This document shows positions 24,501 through 35,599 of a DNA stretch of 64,000 bases, one piece after another. The DNA comes from Basidiobolus meristosporus CBS 931.73. Its lineage: Eukaryota; Fungi; Basidiobolomycota. The stretch's first letter is position 1, and each line of letters opens with the position of its first letter. The stretch is taken from positions 39,008 through 103,007 of the forward strand of contig MCFE01000288.1 of assembly GCA_002104905.1 (NCBI GenBank), read 5' to 3'. The translations under genes and the position numbers were made by a program. The notes under the pieces are model-generated. The model was not told the DNA's origin and did no database searches. It was given only the letters and a program-made list of their open reading frames with translations.

Positions 24501-27500
24501 AAGGTCAAAGTTTGCCTTCTGGCAGATAAAGAGGGGAAGCCAGACCTTGATTCCTTGTACCTCAATAGAGAACTTGTGCACAACACCATGGAGTGGGCTA
24601 GATCCCAAGCTTGCATCAGTTGTGTTCCATGCAATATCTCTGTAAACAGGCAGTAGCTCCTTGCTTTTAAGTGTCTTCCAGAAGTCTAGCGGCATAACAC
24701 AAATCTCTGAGCCACAGTCAATATGGCAGTCAACAGGGTCATCATATATATACCCTTTCACCACAGCAGTTGCACAGAGTAAAAGGTCTTGTACTTAGTA
24801 GTGTTGTCATCCTTTTGGTGGTCTTCATGGTTTGTCTGAATTATATGGGTGTCCATATGTTCAACAGCTTGTCTTCTTGTTCTAAGCTGCTCATCAAAGG
24901 TCTTCCTAACAGACACTGATACACCCATGATTTCTCCAACCAACACAGTGGGGTTCTGCTTCAGCAGCTTCTCAGTAACCAGTTGAGGGCTTCAGTAGCC
25001 TGCTATCTTTGAGGTCATCTGAGGGTGAGGCAATGGGTCATGGGTGGGCAGTATTCCAGGCCTCTTGTCAATGATAACCTCAGGCTCTTCATACCGTGGT
25101 CTTCTAAGGATAGGCTTGGCAGGTTCTTCAGGAATATGTCTCTTAGTAGCAAAGGCAGCTACTTTGTATTTTCTGTTGTCAGGGCTGCTTGGACTCACTT
25201 TATCTGTCTCAATAGGGGCATCAACAGTAATCTTTTAGTTGCTGAGTCAGATTTCTGGAAAAGGGCTCTCATTCTCCCTCTTTGGAAATTAGTGGGAATC
25301 CTTTTTCCTTCCTTTCAGCAAGCATTCCATCAGCATCAAACTGCACTGTTCCTTCTCTAAGTAGCTGGCTAAGCTCTGAGCATTCTTGTCTGGCATGCTG
25401 AGTAGAGTCACACCAAATGCAGTGTCTGGGTAAAGGTCTTTGGCCCTCAGTAGCTACCTCAGCTGAGCCATTAATCTTGAGGGCTAGCTTTTGTAGCTGT
25501 TCAGCAAGTTGGTCAATTCTGTTGGTAGTGTAGGTCTGATTGTCAGGAACAGCACTCTTTGGCGCCTTGGTTGACTGGTCAGGCTGATTAGATGTCAGGA
25601 GTCTCCTTAAGGTAGAAGTTTGCTTTGCCTCTAGGAGTAAACATTTCATCTCTGCAAAGCAAGGAATGCCAGACTTGTCATCTTTGGCTGCATGTAAGTC
25701 AACTTTCCTTGCCAAGTCCTGGGGAAGCCCTTGTGAAAGGTATAGTGTCATGGTAAACTTAGTTATAGCCGGGGACTCTAGGAGTGGCTTGGCCATATCT
25801 TCATACTATTGAATGAACTCCTCAAGTGGTAGCTTGGAAAGTCCCGTCCTTCCAAAGTGTCTAAGGTCTTCAATTCCATAGTATATTTGGGGTCTACCAT
25901 ACTTGGTCTGTTGCTAGGTCTTCAATAAGCCTCAGTCAGTGAGAATGTCTCCTTGTCTGAGAAGCTTAGTGGTAATATCATTGGTGCAGTAGTAGGGGAA
26001 GTCTTCAGCCATTTCTTGCTCAGATAGGCTGCACATCTTGCAGAGCTTCTCCCACTGAAATATGAAGCTTTCCATATTCTTTACATCAAACTGTGGGGCT
26101 CCATGTGAGAGTGGTAATGGCATAGAGCTCATTTTGGGGTAGGTAGGATGGTGTTGTAGTCTTGATAATATTGGTAGTCACTTTTCAATAAATGGGTAAT
26201 GGCTCAAATTTTCAGGTAAATCTTGTTGGGTCCTAGGGAGCTTGTATGAAACCCCCATGTTGGGTGCCAAATATGTGGCGGTGTATAAGTCCTAAGGGCA
26301 AAATCCAGCCAACATTTCTCAAGAGTGAATGTGTCTGGGGTGTTCACTGGGTGCAATAACCTCTGGCAAAGCTTGCTAGGAATACTGGGCCTTTTGTCTA
26401 ATCTAATGTGAAGGGGGATAAAGCCTCAAGCTTGTCAAGGGAAAACTAATCAGCTACAATCCCCAACCTAGTTGGCATCTTAACAAAAGCTTATAATGGC
26501 TTCAATGTCCTTTGAGATGACAGTGTACTAAAGCTTCCAAAGTCAAAACAACTGTAAACTGCACCAACAGGGACTTGATAAGAATGCAGCTTTGACCAAT
26601 AGTTACACAAGACAGAAAAGTGTCTTTGCCGGTACAAGAACAAACTTGGGAAAACAATCAAATATAATAAAATGTACCAACTCTGAGTATTTCTCACAAG
26701 TAGTGCCTCCAAAGTCAATTGGCTGTCAGCGTGGTTTCCTGGGAGTATTGTCAGGTCTGAGTCAGAAAATAGTGGTAATAGGCAGCGGTGATCTCACTAT
26801 TCAATAAGTTGGAATATTGGCAGAGGGATCATTTATTTTAAGGGATAGCCTCCCTTATATACTTTTTGCCGCTCAAATTTTTGCTAGAAAATACTTTCCA
26901 GAAGTTTAAAGAAGGTAGTAGACAGCCAATCATGTCATTGTGTACTAAAATAACTCAAATTCTTGGCGGATTGTTCCATGAGACATAGCAGTACCTAGCC
27001 AATCAGATAGTGTAATATGAAACCTCTGTGTCATGTAGTTACCTTATATGGTAGTAGGATATGAGGGTTATGAAACCAGGATGGCCACATGACATAGGCT
27101 CAGTTGGGGATACTTGCCTTATATGGTTAATGTCTAATCTTGGCATCTTGGCAAGGAATAGGAATAGCTTGTGCAATGAGTAAATAGTGACAAATAGTTT
27201 GCCAGGTCACATAGTAATAATCACATAGGCAGATAGAAAATATTGCAATTTGGGACAATAGTAATATATGGGGGTAATCCTTTTTAGGGAAGTGAACCTA
27301 TGGGAATGAGCACATCTGCCGGTGGGTGTCACTGTGAACCCACTACACCGCCAATAACACTGAAACATTGAAAGAGACTAAATCCAGCCTATCTAAGGAG
27401 TTCAAGATGTAGCAATATGGTTAAGAAAGCTTCTTACAGATTTAGGCCAATGTCAAAAATGCTTATTACTTTATTTCACAAAAATCAAGGTTGTATAATA

Positions 27501-27718
27501 TTAGGTAGAAATCCAACTTTACATGCTGGAACTAAGCATATAGATGTTAGACATCATTTCATACGTGAGGCTATAGAGAATAACTTAGTTAGCTTAGCTT
27601 ACTGTCCTACAGATGAAATGATTGCAGACATTTCTACCGAACCCTTAGCTAGAGACAAGTTTGAATATCTCAGGTCAAAATTAGGACTGGTTAGCATCAA
27701 CAATTAGCTGAGTGGGAG
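21590..27718 (+). mobile_element. copia-2 internal region (gag 3' part to RNase H), 5'-truncated, interrupted by gypsy-A2 in RT
   Basis: TYQSCSAAKKIYLRQK gag; CIYGK integrase; YVDDLIIAA|NNTETLKETKSSLSKEFKM continuous across the 24290-27347 insertion; TKHIDVRHHFIRE RNase H; PPT AGTGGGAG. Confidence 0.9.
24290..27347 (-). mobile_element. gypsy-A2 element, internally deleted (5' LTR 26274-27347, gag, protease, 14-bp remnant of the 3' LTR)
   Basis: TGTGGTGGTGTATA at 24290; TSD CTGC/CCGC; PBS 26253-26269; gag MPLPLSHGAPQFD, CIWCDSTQH; protease IDCGSEICV. Confidence 0.9.
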
Positions 27719-28747
27719 TGTTGTAGAAATTTGTAATTCCACCTAAATATTCACCTAACTTAGTCACTTAGATCACTACCTTCATATCCTATAGAATACT
27801 GACCAAATTCCTTGTTGGGATTAACTTTGAGTATTTTCACCAAAATACCAGGTACTAAAAACATGAAAATTCTCAAAGTAATCCAAATAGCCCCACACTT
27901 TGCACATATGTTCTTGGGACCTTTCTTAACCTATTCTACATGTTTGCTATACCAAGACCATGCAAAAGTATAAATACTACTTTTACATTCAATAATCATT
28001 AAGTGAAAACCACATAAGCTACTTGTTCTCCCAAGCACTTCCAATATTTCCAAGACTCTTACAACATTTTGTGTGCTTGTTATGCCAAGGCCATGTAAAA
28101 GTATAAAGACTACCTTTAGATTCAATAAATCACTAAGTGAAAAATGCACAATCCACTTGTCCTCCCAATCACTTCCAATATCTCAGTCATGCTCACATTA
28201 CATCCCTGGTGTCAATTATCTAGCCAAATCAAGTCAGTGAAGAAATCCCAGTTCCTTCAGAAAGTTCTATTACATTCTAGCACCTTCTTGAAATCTCCAA
28301 GTCAATGTTACACAATTGATCATTCTATGGAAGCATACCATTTGAGTTTATGTGGTCCCATGCCAAATATAGTAACTACATGCCACATGACCTAGTTACA
28401 TGATCTGCTGACCCCTGACATATCTCCATGTGATATTCCAGTCTGTTCTTTAGTATATTCTATCTTGGCACACTTACTGTGCCTTACCCCAGAACCCAAT
28501 CAGTATTAGCCAATATCTCTTAGCATCCATATTGCCAAAAATTATATATTGTCCAATCCCCCCTTAAGTATTCCTCAGTTCAATAAACACAGGTCTTGAA
28601 TAAACAGCCTTGCCTTGGAAATCTGTCTTGCCTTGGAAACACATCTTGCCTTGTTGATCCATGCCTAAGTCCTTTCCTGGTCCTGCCTTGCCTAGCTCTA
28701 CTCTCCTGGCTTGTGTCTATTTATAACAATCTCCAAACCCTTATAGA
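27719..28747 (+). repeat. copia-2 LTR (~1.03 kb), preceded by a PPT and followed by a PBS; internal ~133-bp-period direct repeat
   Basis: AGTGGGAG|TGTTGTAG start; GGTTATGAGCCC at 28749; duplicated block at 27964 and 28097. Confidence 0.82.
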
Positions 28748-30429
28748 TGGTTATGAGCCCCAAGCTGTCACTCTTGGCAATGTCTACTACTGCTATTACT
28801 GGAACTTTTCCCTCTGCTGAAAAGTTGGATGGATCTAACTACCAAGTGTGGAAGGTGAAGATGGAGATGCTGTTACAAGAGAGAGGCCTTTTAGATATTG
28901 TCATGGGCAAAGAATGCCCTCCTAAAAATGTGGGAGAGGAAGCCTAAAAGTACCAGAAGAAAGAACAAAGTGCCTTTAACTGCATTTGCCTTAATGTTAA
29001 GGGCAAATTGCTAATTCAATGCTCAAGAGCAAAAAAGGCAAAGAATGCCTGGAAGGCATTGAAAGTGTTGTGTTGTATTATGATTAGTTTGGGGTTTGTT
29101 CTACATTGTACAGGCTAATCAACAATATACAACAACTTCCAGTATGCTAATACTGAAATAGTTAACTGAGAGCTTGATATACCAATAGAAGATATAACAT
29201 TCACTAATATCCTCAATCTTAGGCTCAAAATATACTTTAAGCAGTGTTTCTCACTTCTACAGTAGTGTTCTGACCTTCTGTTGACTAATGGGCTTATTTA
29301 CTTCTATAGTAATGTTTCTTAATCTGGAAGTTATTTTCCTTTCTGAGATAATATTTCCTAATATGGAAGTTCCTTAACTCCCCTTTAACCTAAAGGGGTG
29401 TGTACTAGAAGTCTCTAAAGGGGTCTTTAGAGTAAAGGGGCTTCTTAGAGGGGACTTTTCCTACAGAAAAGTGGTAGTTTCTTGTAGAACTTAGATGGGA
29501 TTCTCTTGAGCTTTGCAGTCTCTGTACTGATGTAATACCTGTCAAAGTCAGAATACTCAACAGTGCAAGTGATGCAGGGGAACTCTTATAACCTTTAAAC
29601 TTGTAATTTTAGTGTGGAAACTCTGGAAAGAGAGGCTCTCCTTTGTTTTTTAGCTGGGGAAGTCATGTATATGAAATTTCTGAAGGATCAGAGCTTTTGG
29701 GCAATTGCGCTGTAGTGGGGTGACAGTGACACCCACTGACAGATGTGCTCATTCCCTTATTTTCTACTTCCCTATATCTCTACTACACTTATTTTAGTTT
29801 TATCCCATTTGTCTTACCCAATCAGTACTATCCCATAAGCCGGTTGACTATCACACCTGCTTACCTTATTAGACTTGTTCCACTGTACCGTGCCAGGGCG
29901 TGCGGTGTGATCCGCGGTTGTAAAGAATGATTGGGTGCAATATTATAGCTACCAGAAGGAAGGATTGTTCTTGGACAATTTCGCACTATGTGGGACAATC
30001 TTGCACACTATGGCACAATCTGACACGATGAGGTTGGAACGGATGATTGCGCTCACTCCAATTGGATGGTATCTCAGTGGTTAATTGGTCCAAAAGTATC
30101 CTGAAGCTGGCAGCCCCCAATTGGCTCATTGACTACAAAAAAAGCTACCTGATTTGCCATCAAATATCCCATTTTGCTCATTGAGCAAGTAAATCCCTGA
30201 TCCTAGTGATTGGACAAGGTGTCATAGCCAGCACGCAAGCAATCATGTAGGTGCAAAACAGATCCAATAGCTGCACTGGTATTACAGATGACGTATATAT
30301 ATGCAGAGTGTTTATTTATAGGGGTACTGCCTCAAATGTGAGACAATCTTGATATTACTTATATCAAAAATTTGATGATCACTGATTTGCAACGGCTCGA
30401 TTCTGATTGCAAAAAAAAAGGGTTGTCGG

Positions 30430-31500
30430 TGTGGTGGTGTATAAGTCCAAGGGAGAGATACGTCCAACACTTCTCAAGTGTTTTGTGTGTGGGGTGTTCA
30501 CTGGGTGCGATAACCTCTGGCAAAAGCTTGCTAGGAATACTTGGGTTCTGTCTCTAATCTAATGTGAAGGGGAATAAAGCCACAAGCTTGTCAAGGGAAA
30601 ACTATTGAGCTACAATCCCCAACTTAGTTGGCGTCTTAACAAAAGTATGTGCTGGGTTCAGCGTCCTTTGAGATGACAATGTACTAAAGCTTCCAAAGTC
30701 AAAACAACTGTAAACTCCACCAGCAGGGACTTGATAAGAATGCAGCTTTGGTCAATAGTTACAAAGACAGAAAAGTATCTTTGCCTGTACAAGAACAAAC
30801 TTGGGAAAGAATCAAATATAATAAAAGATACCTACTCTGAGTATTCCTCACAAGTAGTGCCTCCAAGGTCAGTTGGCTGTCAGCGCGGTTTCCTGGGAGT
30901 GTCCTGTGGTCTAGGGTTGGAAGTTCAGGTAGCAGCAGGTAGCAGTGATCACACTAATCAACAAGTCGGTATATTGATAAAAGGGATGATGATTTATTGT
31001 TGAGGGATAGCCTCCCTTATATACTTTTCTCACTGGCTAAGTGATTACTAATCAAGGTGTTCCAGAAGGTTCCGGAGATCAATAGAAATCTTAATGACAT
31101 CAGAATGACCTAAGAATGTTCTAAGTAGGTGCCGGAAGGTTCTAAGAGGCACAGCACATCCAACCAATCAGGAATCAGTATTCTGAAACCTGTGTAACAT
31201 GGGGATACCATATATGGTATGGAAATGGTAGGGATGGTGACACGGGCTGATCATGTGTCACGGGTACTGGCGCGGGTACTTGCCTAATATAGAAGTACTT
31301 ATAGCTAGTAATCTTACATAAAGTGAGGGGTAACTTATGCAATAAGGTAAGCAGGTGTGATAGTCAACCGGCTTATGGGATAGTACTGATTGGGTAAGAC
31401 AAATGGGATAAAACTAAAATAAGTGTAGTAGAGATATAGGGAAGTAGAAAATAAGGGAATGAGCACATCTGTCAGTGGGTGTCACTGTCACCCCACTACA
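30430..31500 (-). repeat. gypsy-A solo LTR (1071 bp)
   Basis: TG...CA termini, TSD TCGG/TCGG; the empty site is seen near 7900 and 61815. Confidence 0.96.
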
Positions 31501-31540
31501 TCGGGGTCATTACAAATGTGAGTAATTCAAAGCGATCGCA

Positions 31541-32869
31541 TCATCTTCTCCTGGATTTTTTTCTCACAGGGATTACTACTGAAGCATTTGGTAGTGACTC
31601 ACTTTGCACACCTATACTACTTCCTGGCTGACTATCATCTTGGCTACTTGTGTATTTGTAGTCAGTATTTTGCCTCCTAGTTGATGAGTGCGATGCTACA
31701 GCTTGGCCGCGCTGAATTGCTCCAACTGAACCAACTGAACTGGCCTGTAGTGCCACGTGCTGACGCATTCTTTTACTTGCCAAGGGCTCCGGTGGTTGAG
31801 GCACTTCATGTTGGTCATCATCAGTCAGCTCACCAGAAGTAACTTGCTGATGGTCAGGCAAAATGGCACGCGCAGGCGCGCCTTGACGTGTTGAGATGGC
31901 CCTTGGCTGAGTTTGATGTGATGCTGCAAGTTGACGCGACTCGGTCTGCTCCAATGGACTTGTGTCTAAATGAGCAGTTTGGCAAGTTCTTGTAGTTTTG
32001 CTCTGAAGCGCGCGCGTTGACTTGAGGCAGGGCGTTCCGGTAAAGGGTGTTGGTGTACTCTGGACTGACGTGCGCCGGCGCGCTGTGGTTGCAAGAGATG
32101 GTAGGGAATCCAGCAAGGCATGCTGGCACAATCTGGATGATGTTGCTTGAGGTCTGTATTCTTCCTCCTGAAGCTCACCATCTGATTCCTCAAGGTATTC
32201 ACTTACCCTCTGTCTGATACTTTGGAGCTGTTGCCTGGATGAGTCCTGTGTATATTGCTCTCGGAAGCCACTTAGCTCTGCTAATATATCACGTAGTACA
32301 TTAGTCATTTGAGGCAAAAACTCATTCAAAATCTCTTTGGTTCCCAAAGTTGAGGCACAAACGGACGTGTCCGGCCTGTACTGTGCAAATTGCGCGCAAA
32401 ATTGCTCCCGCGCGGCTTCTTTGTCAAATCCCCTCACTCTCAGCTCATTCTTGATTTCAATACTTGTCTTGTTATATATCTTTTTACATACATTGGCTGG
32501 CATCTTGATGTAGAACTCATGCCACAGCTTTCTACTCAAATTCTTCCATCTTTGTCGACTCTCTGAGGTATCTAGTTCTGCTAGATTAATCAGTGGTGCC
32601 CAAATATCTGTATGAAGGCTCATCATAGACACTTGGGCCATACTAAAATCATTTGGTGAGAATTTGAACGGATCCAACATTGACTTTTTTGGTCCGGACC
32701 GCGCTTGTGAGCTGGGGGATGGGTTTGTCTGGGTTGTACTAAAGATGAGTTGAGGCTTGGTATGGGGACCATAGCAACGGATTTGGATACTTATACAGCC
32801 GTATATTGACATCAACCTGGTCTTATATGAAATATATATGAAAACTAATGTGATTGTTGAAATCTCCAC
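31541..32869 (-). CDS. Transposon ORF2, up to 442 aa; putative Myb/SANT-like DNA-binding accessory protein with a low-complexity C-terminus and basic tail (true start may be downstream)
   Basis: DIWAPLINLAELDTSESRQRWKNLSRKLW resembles the Myb/SANT/MADF W...RWKNL helix; RKKSRRR NLS-like end; homologues in the other copies. Confidence 0.7.
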   Translation of the reverse strand: MEISTITLVFIYISYKTRLMSIYGCISIQIRCYGPHTKPQLIFSTTQTNPSPSSQARSGPKKSMLDPFKFSPNDFSMAQVSMMSLHTDIWAPLINLAELDTSESRQRWKNLSRKLWHEFYIKMPANVCKKIYNKTSIEIKNELRVRGFDKEAAREQFCAQFAQYRPDTSVCASTLGTKEILNEFLPQMTNVLRDILAELSGFREQYTQDSSRQQLQSIRQRVSEYLEESDGELQEEEYRPQATSSRLCQHALLDSLPSLATTARRRTSVQSTPTPFTGTPCLKSTRALQSKTTRTCQTAHLDTSPLEQTESRQLAASHQTQPRAISTRQGAPARAILPDHQQVTSGELTDDDQHEVPQPPEPLASKRMRQHVALQASSVGSVGAIQRGQAVASHSSTRRQNTDYKYTSSQDDSQPGSSIGVQSESLPNASVVIPVRKKSRRR

Positions 32870-33131
32870 ATATTATGCATGATGCATCTTGGATCGCGTT
32901 GACACGGATCAGATCACATCAATCGCAGATTTCCTATTTGATTATAGACCTATGATTAAAGCATCAATAAAAGTATCAAGGCATTGTTTGCGGATGATTT
33001 TTGCAACATAATGATGGGATACGTGGCAATTGATGGAGACTTGACCATAATGTATTAAAAATCAGATAAATAAGGCGGATCGCGCCAAATCAATTCAAAC
33101 TGCCTTTATACAATCATCCACCAATTTTAAT

Positions 33132-34016
33132 ATGACTTACTCATCTGAATGGTCTTTTCTCATCAATCCCATCACTACCACTGGACTTCCTTTTGACACA
33201 CTAGAGGAGATCTATTCCAAGTACTGTGGACCATCAACCCCAATCTACTCAAGGAGATCCCTTGTCAAGCTTCTCTGCTATTACAAGAACTATTGCCCTA
33301 CAAGGTTTCATCCCACCATCCATGGCAACAAAAGTCCTAGAAGCTTTCATTCCCAGCTGACAGCAATGGAGAACCACCTTGCAGAGGGTATGAATGACTT
33401 AGAGCAAGCTTGGAATACTAGGTTCAGAAGCTCCAATAGACTTCCATATCCCAGAGTGTTCAGCAACAGGTTCCATATCAGGAGTATTTTGGATACCTTC
33501 CCAGTGAGGATTAACAGACCTTCTAGAGGGCAGAGACACTTTTATTCTGGCAAGTACATGGCACACTGTGTGAAGTTTCAAGCACTGTCTGACATTGAGG
33601 GTAACATCATCTGGTTTAGTGGGCCATTTGCTGGAAGTAGGCATGACAAAGCACTCTGGGTAGAGAATCATCCTGAATTCAGTAGAGGGGAGAAATGTAT
33701 GGCAGACTTAGCCTATATAGGAGAGGATTGTCAGAGATTAGGATGTATTACAGCTTATAGGAAGCCAAGGAATGGTGTACTTAGCAGGAAGCAGAAGCTC
33801 TACAATGAGATATTTAATCATTTCAGAGTAAGGGTAGAGCACACATTTGGATATCTGAAGAGATTCAGCATATTGGCAGGTAAATACAGAGGAAAGTCAT
33901 ATATAGGAGAAAACAGCAGAATAGGTAAAATAGTTAAGATACTTATTAATGCACAGTATGTTCATACAAGAAGACATCCACTGAGAGAAATGTGTCTGGA
34001 GCATTATGAAGAGTAA
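33132..34016 (+). CDS. DDE transposase, 294 aa, catalytic triad apparently intact (LDT, ADLAY, RVEH)
   Basis: Open ORF with DDE_Tnp_4-type motifs, divergent from ORF2. Confidence 0.9.
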   Translation: MTYSSEWSFLINPITTTGLPFDTLEEIYSKYCGPSTPIYSRRSLVKLLCYYKNYCPTRFHPTIHGNKSPRSFHSQLTAMENHLAEGMNDLEQAWNTRFRSSNRLPYPRVFSNRFHIRSILDTFPVRINRPSRGQRHFYSGKYMAHCVKFQALSDIEGNIIWFSGPFAGSRHDKALWVENHPEFSRGEKCMADLAYIGEDCQRLGCITAYRKPRNGVLSRKQKLYNEIFNHFRVRVEHTFGYLKRFSILAGKYRGKSYIGENSRIGKIVKILINAQYVHTRRHPLREMCLEHYEE

Positions 34017-35599
34017 ATAAAGCAAGGAAAGCACTATTCTGAGCAACATAAGTAAGATTGAGTAAAATTACCAGTAGCTGTATCATACCACAGGCATCAT
34101 GGTAGAAATTATAGTGCCAGATAGTGCCGTAGAGTGCCAGATCAATCCGGCACCATAAACAGGCTGGCACTATGTGGCACTATCCAATGGAACAAGTCTA
34201 TTGCCTAAGTTACCCCTCACTTTATGTAAGATTACTAGCTATAAGTACTTCTATATTAGGCAAGTACCCACGCCAGTACCCGTGACACATGATCAGCCCG
34301 TGTCACCATCCCTACCATTTCCATACCATATATGGTATCCCCATGTTACACAGGTTTCAGAATACTGATTCCTGACTGGTTGGATGTGCTGCGCCTCTTA
34401 GAACCTTCCGGCACCTACTTTGAACATTCTTAGGTCATTCTGATGTCATTAAGATATCTATTGATCTCCAGAACCTTCTGGAACACCATGATTAGTAATC
34501 ACTTAGCCAGTGAAAAAAAGTATATACGGGAGGCTATCCCTCAACAATATATCATCATCCCTTTTATCAATATACCAACTTGTTGATTAGTGTGATCACT
34601 GCTACCTGCTGCTACCTGAACTTCCAACCCCAGACCACAGGACACTCCCATGAAACTGTGCTGACAGCCAACTGACCTTGGAGGCACTACTTGTGAGGAA
34701 TACTCAGAGTAGGTATCTTTTATTATATTTGATTCTTTCCCAAGTTTGTTCTTGTACAGGCAAAGATACTTTTCTGTCTTTGTAACTATTGACCACAGCT
34801 GCATTCTTATCAAGTCCCTGCTGGTGGAGTTTACAGTTGTTTTGACTTTGGAAGCTTTAGTACATTGTCATCTCAAAGGACGCTGAACCCAGCACATACT
34901 TTTGTTAAGACGCCAACTAAGTCGGGGATTGTAGCTCAACAGTTTTCCCTTGACAAGCTTGTGGCTTTATTCCCCTTCACATTAGATTAGAGACAGAACC
35001 CAAGTATTCCTAGCAAGCTTTTGCCAGAGGTTATTGCACCCAGTGAACACCCCATGCACAAAACACTTGAGAAGTGTTGGACGTATCTCTCCCTTGGACC
35101 TATACACCACCACAGCGCATGCAATACATGCAATACATGCAATACAATGCTAAAATCTTATAATAGCACAGATTGGACATAGGCGCAGCATCTATGAAAG
35201 CTTCACATGATTTGGTTGGCTGGTTCAAAAGTTACACACAATCAAAGTCACCATAGTAATCCTAGCAATAGAGACCTAGTATATATAATAATTGGACTCT
35301 TTGGGTCATAGCTCTTTAAGTACTGCTTCAAATGAGCTGTAAATTGAAACATATGTTGACTACTGCGTGTTCTCTAAGACATATTATTTTTGGGTGTATT
35401 GCCTGTCAGGGTCTGGAGTATTTGTGCTTCCAATTTATAAATTCTTGATCTTTCACCTGTGTTTTATGATAGCAAAAAGCAAAATAAAGAAATGAGTGAA
35501 ATATTAGTCTTGGGATATTGTAGTAATGGAATACTTTCCATTGCCACTAGTCTCCCCTAACTTTGAGAAATAATGCCCTCATTATTACTTCTGATATGG

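Larger units (their letters stand above)
29871..34199 (+). mobile_element. Harbinger/PHIS-like DNA transposon copy 3 (youngest-looking; both ORFs open)
   Basis: TIRs AGACTTGTTCCA(C/T)TG, TSD ATT/ATT; empty site CCTT-ATT-GCAT in other LTR-A copies; carries a solo LTR and a ~180-bp deletion in the left arm. Confidence 0.95.
29711..35114 (+). repeat. gypsy-A solo LTR (split by DNA transposon copy 3)
   Basis: TGTAGTGGGG...CACCACCACA, TSD GCGC/GCGC; the flanks rejoin as gypsy-B LTR (compare ~57210-57240). Confidence 0.95.

Noticed and set aside
30731-31003. Recurrent 90-aa ORF (MIRMQLWSIVTK...) in several LTR-A copies
   Set aside because: Starts at TTG, antisense in the LTR, truncated in three copies and not kept in the diverged A2 LTR; recurrence is explained by LTR identity.
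33132-34016. Bacterial IS5 contamination or recent horizontal transfer
   Set aside because: The element has a second accessory ORF and MITEs, is nested with LTR elements, and shows host-type CpG decay. A remote IS5 relationship is expected for this superfamily.
35117-35147. 10-bp tandem repeat (ATGCAATAC core, three copies)
   Set aside because: Local slippage next to an insertion junction; absent from the partner LTR and not a spacer array.
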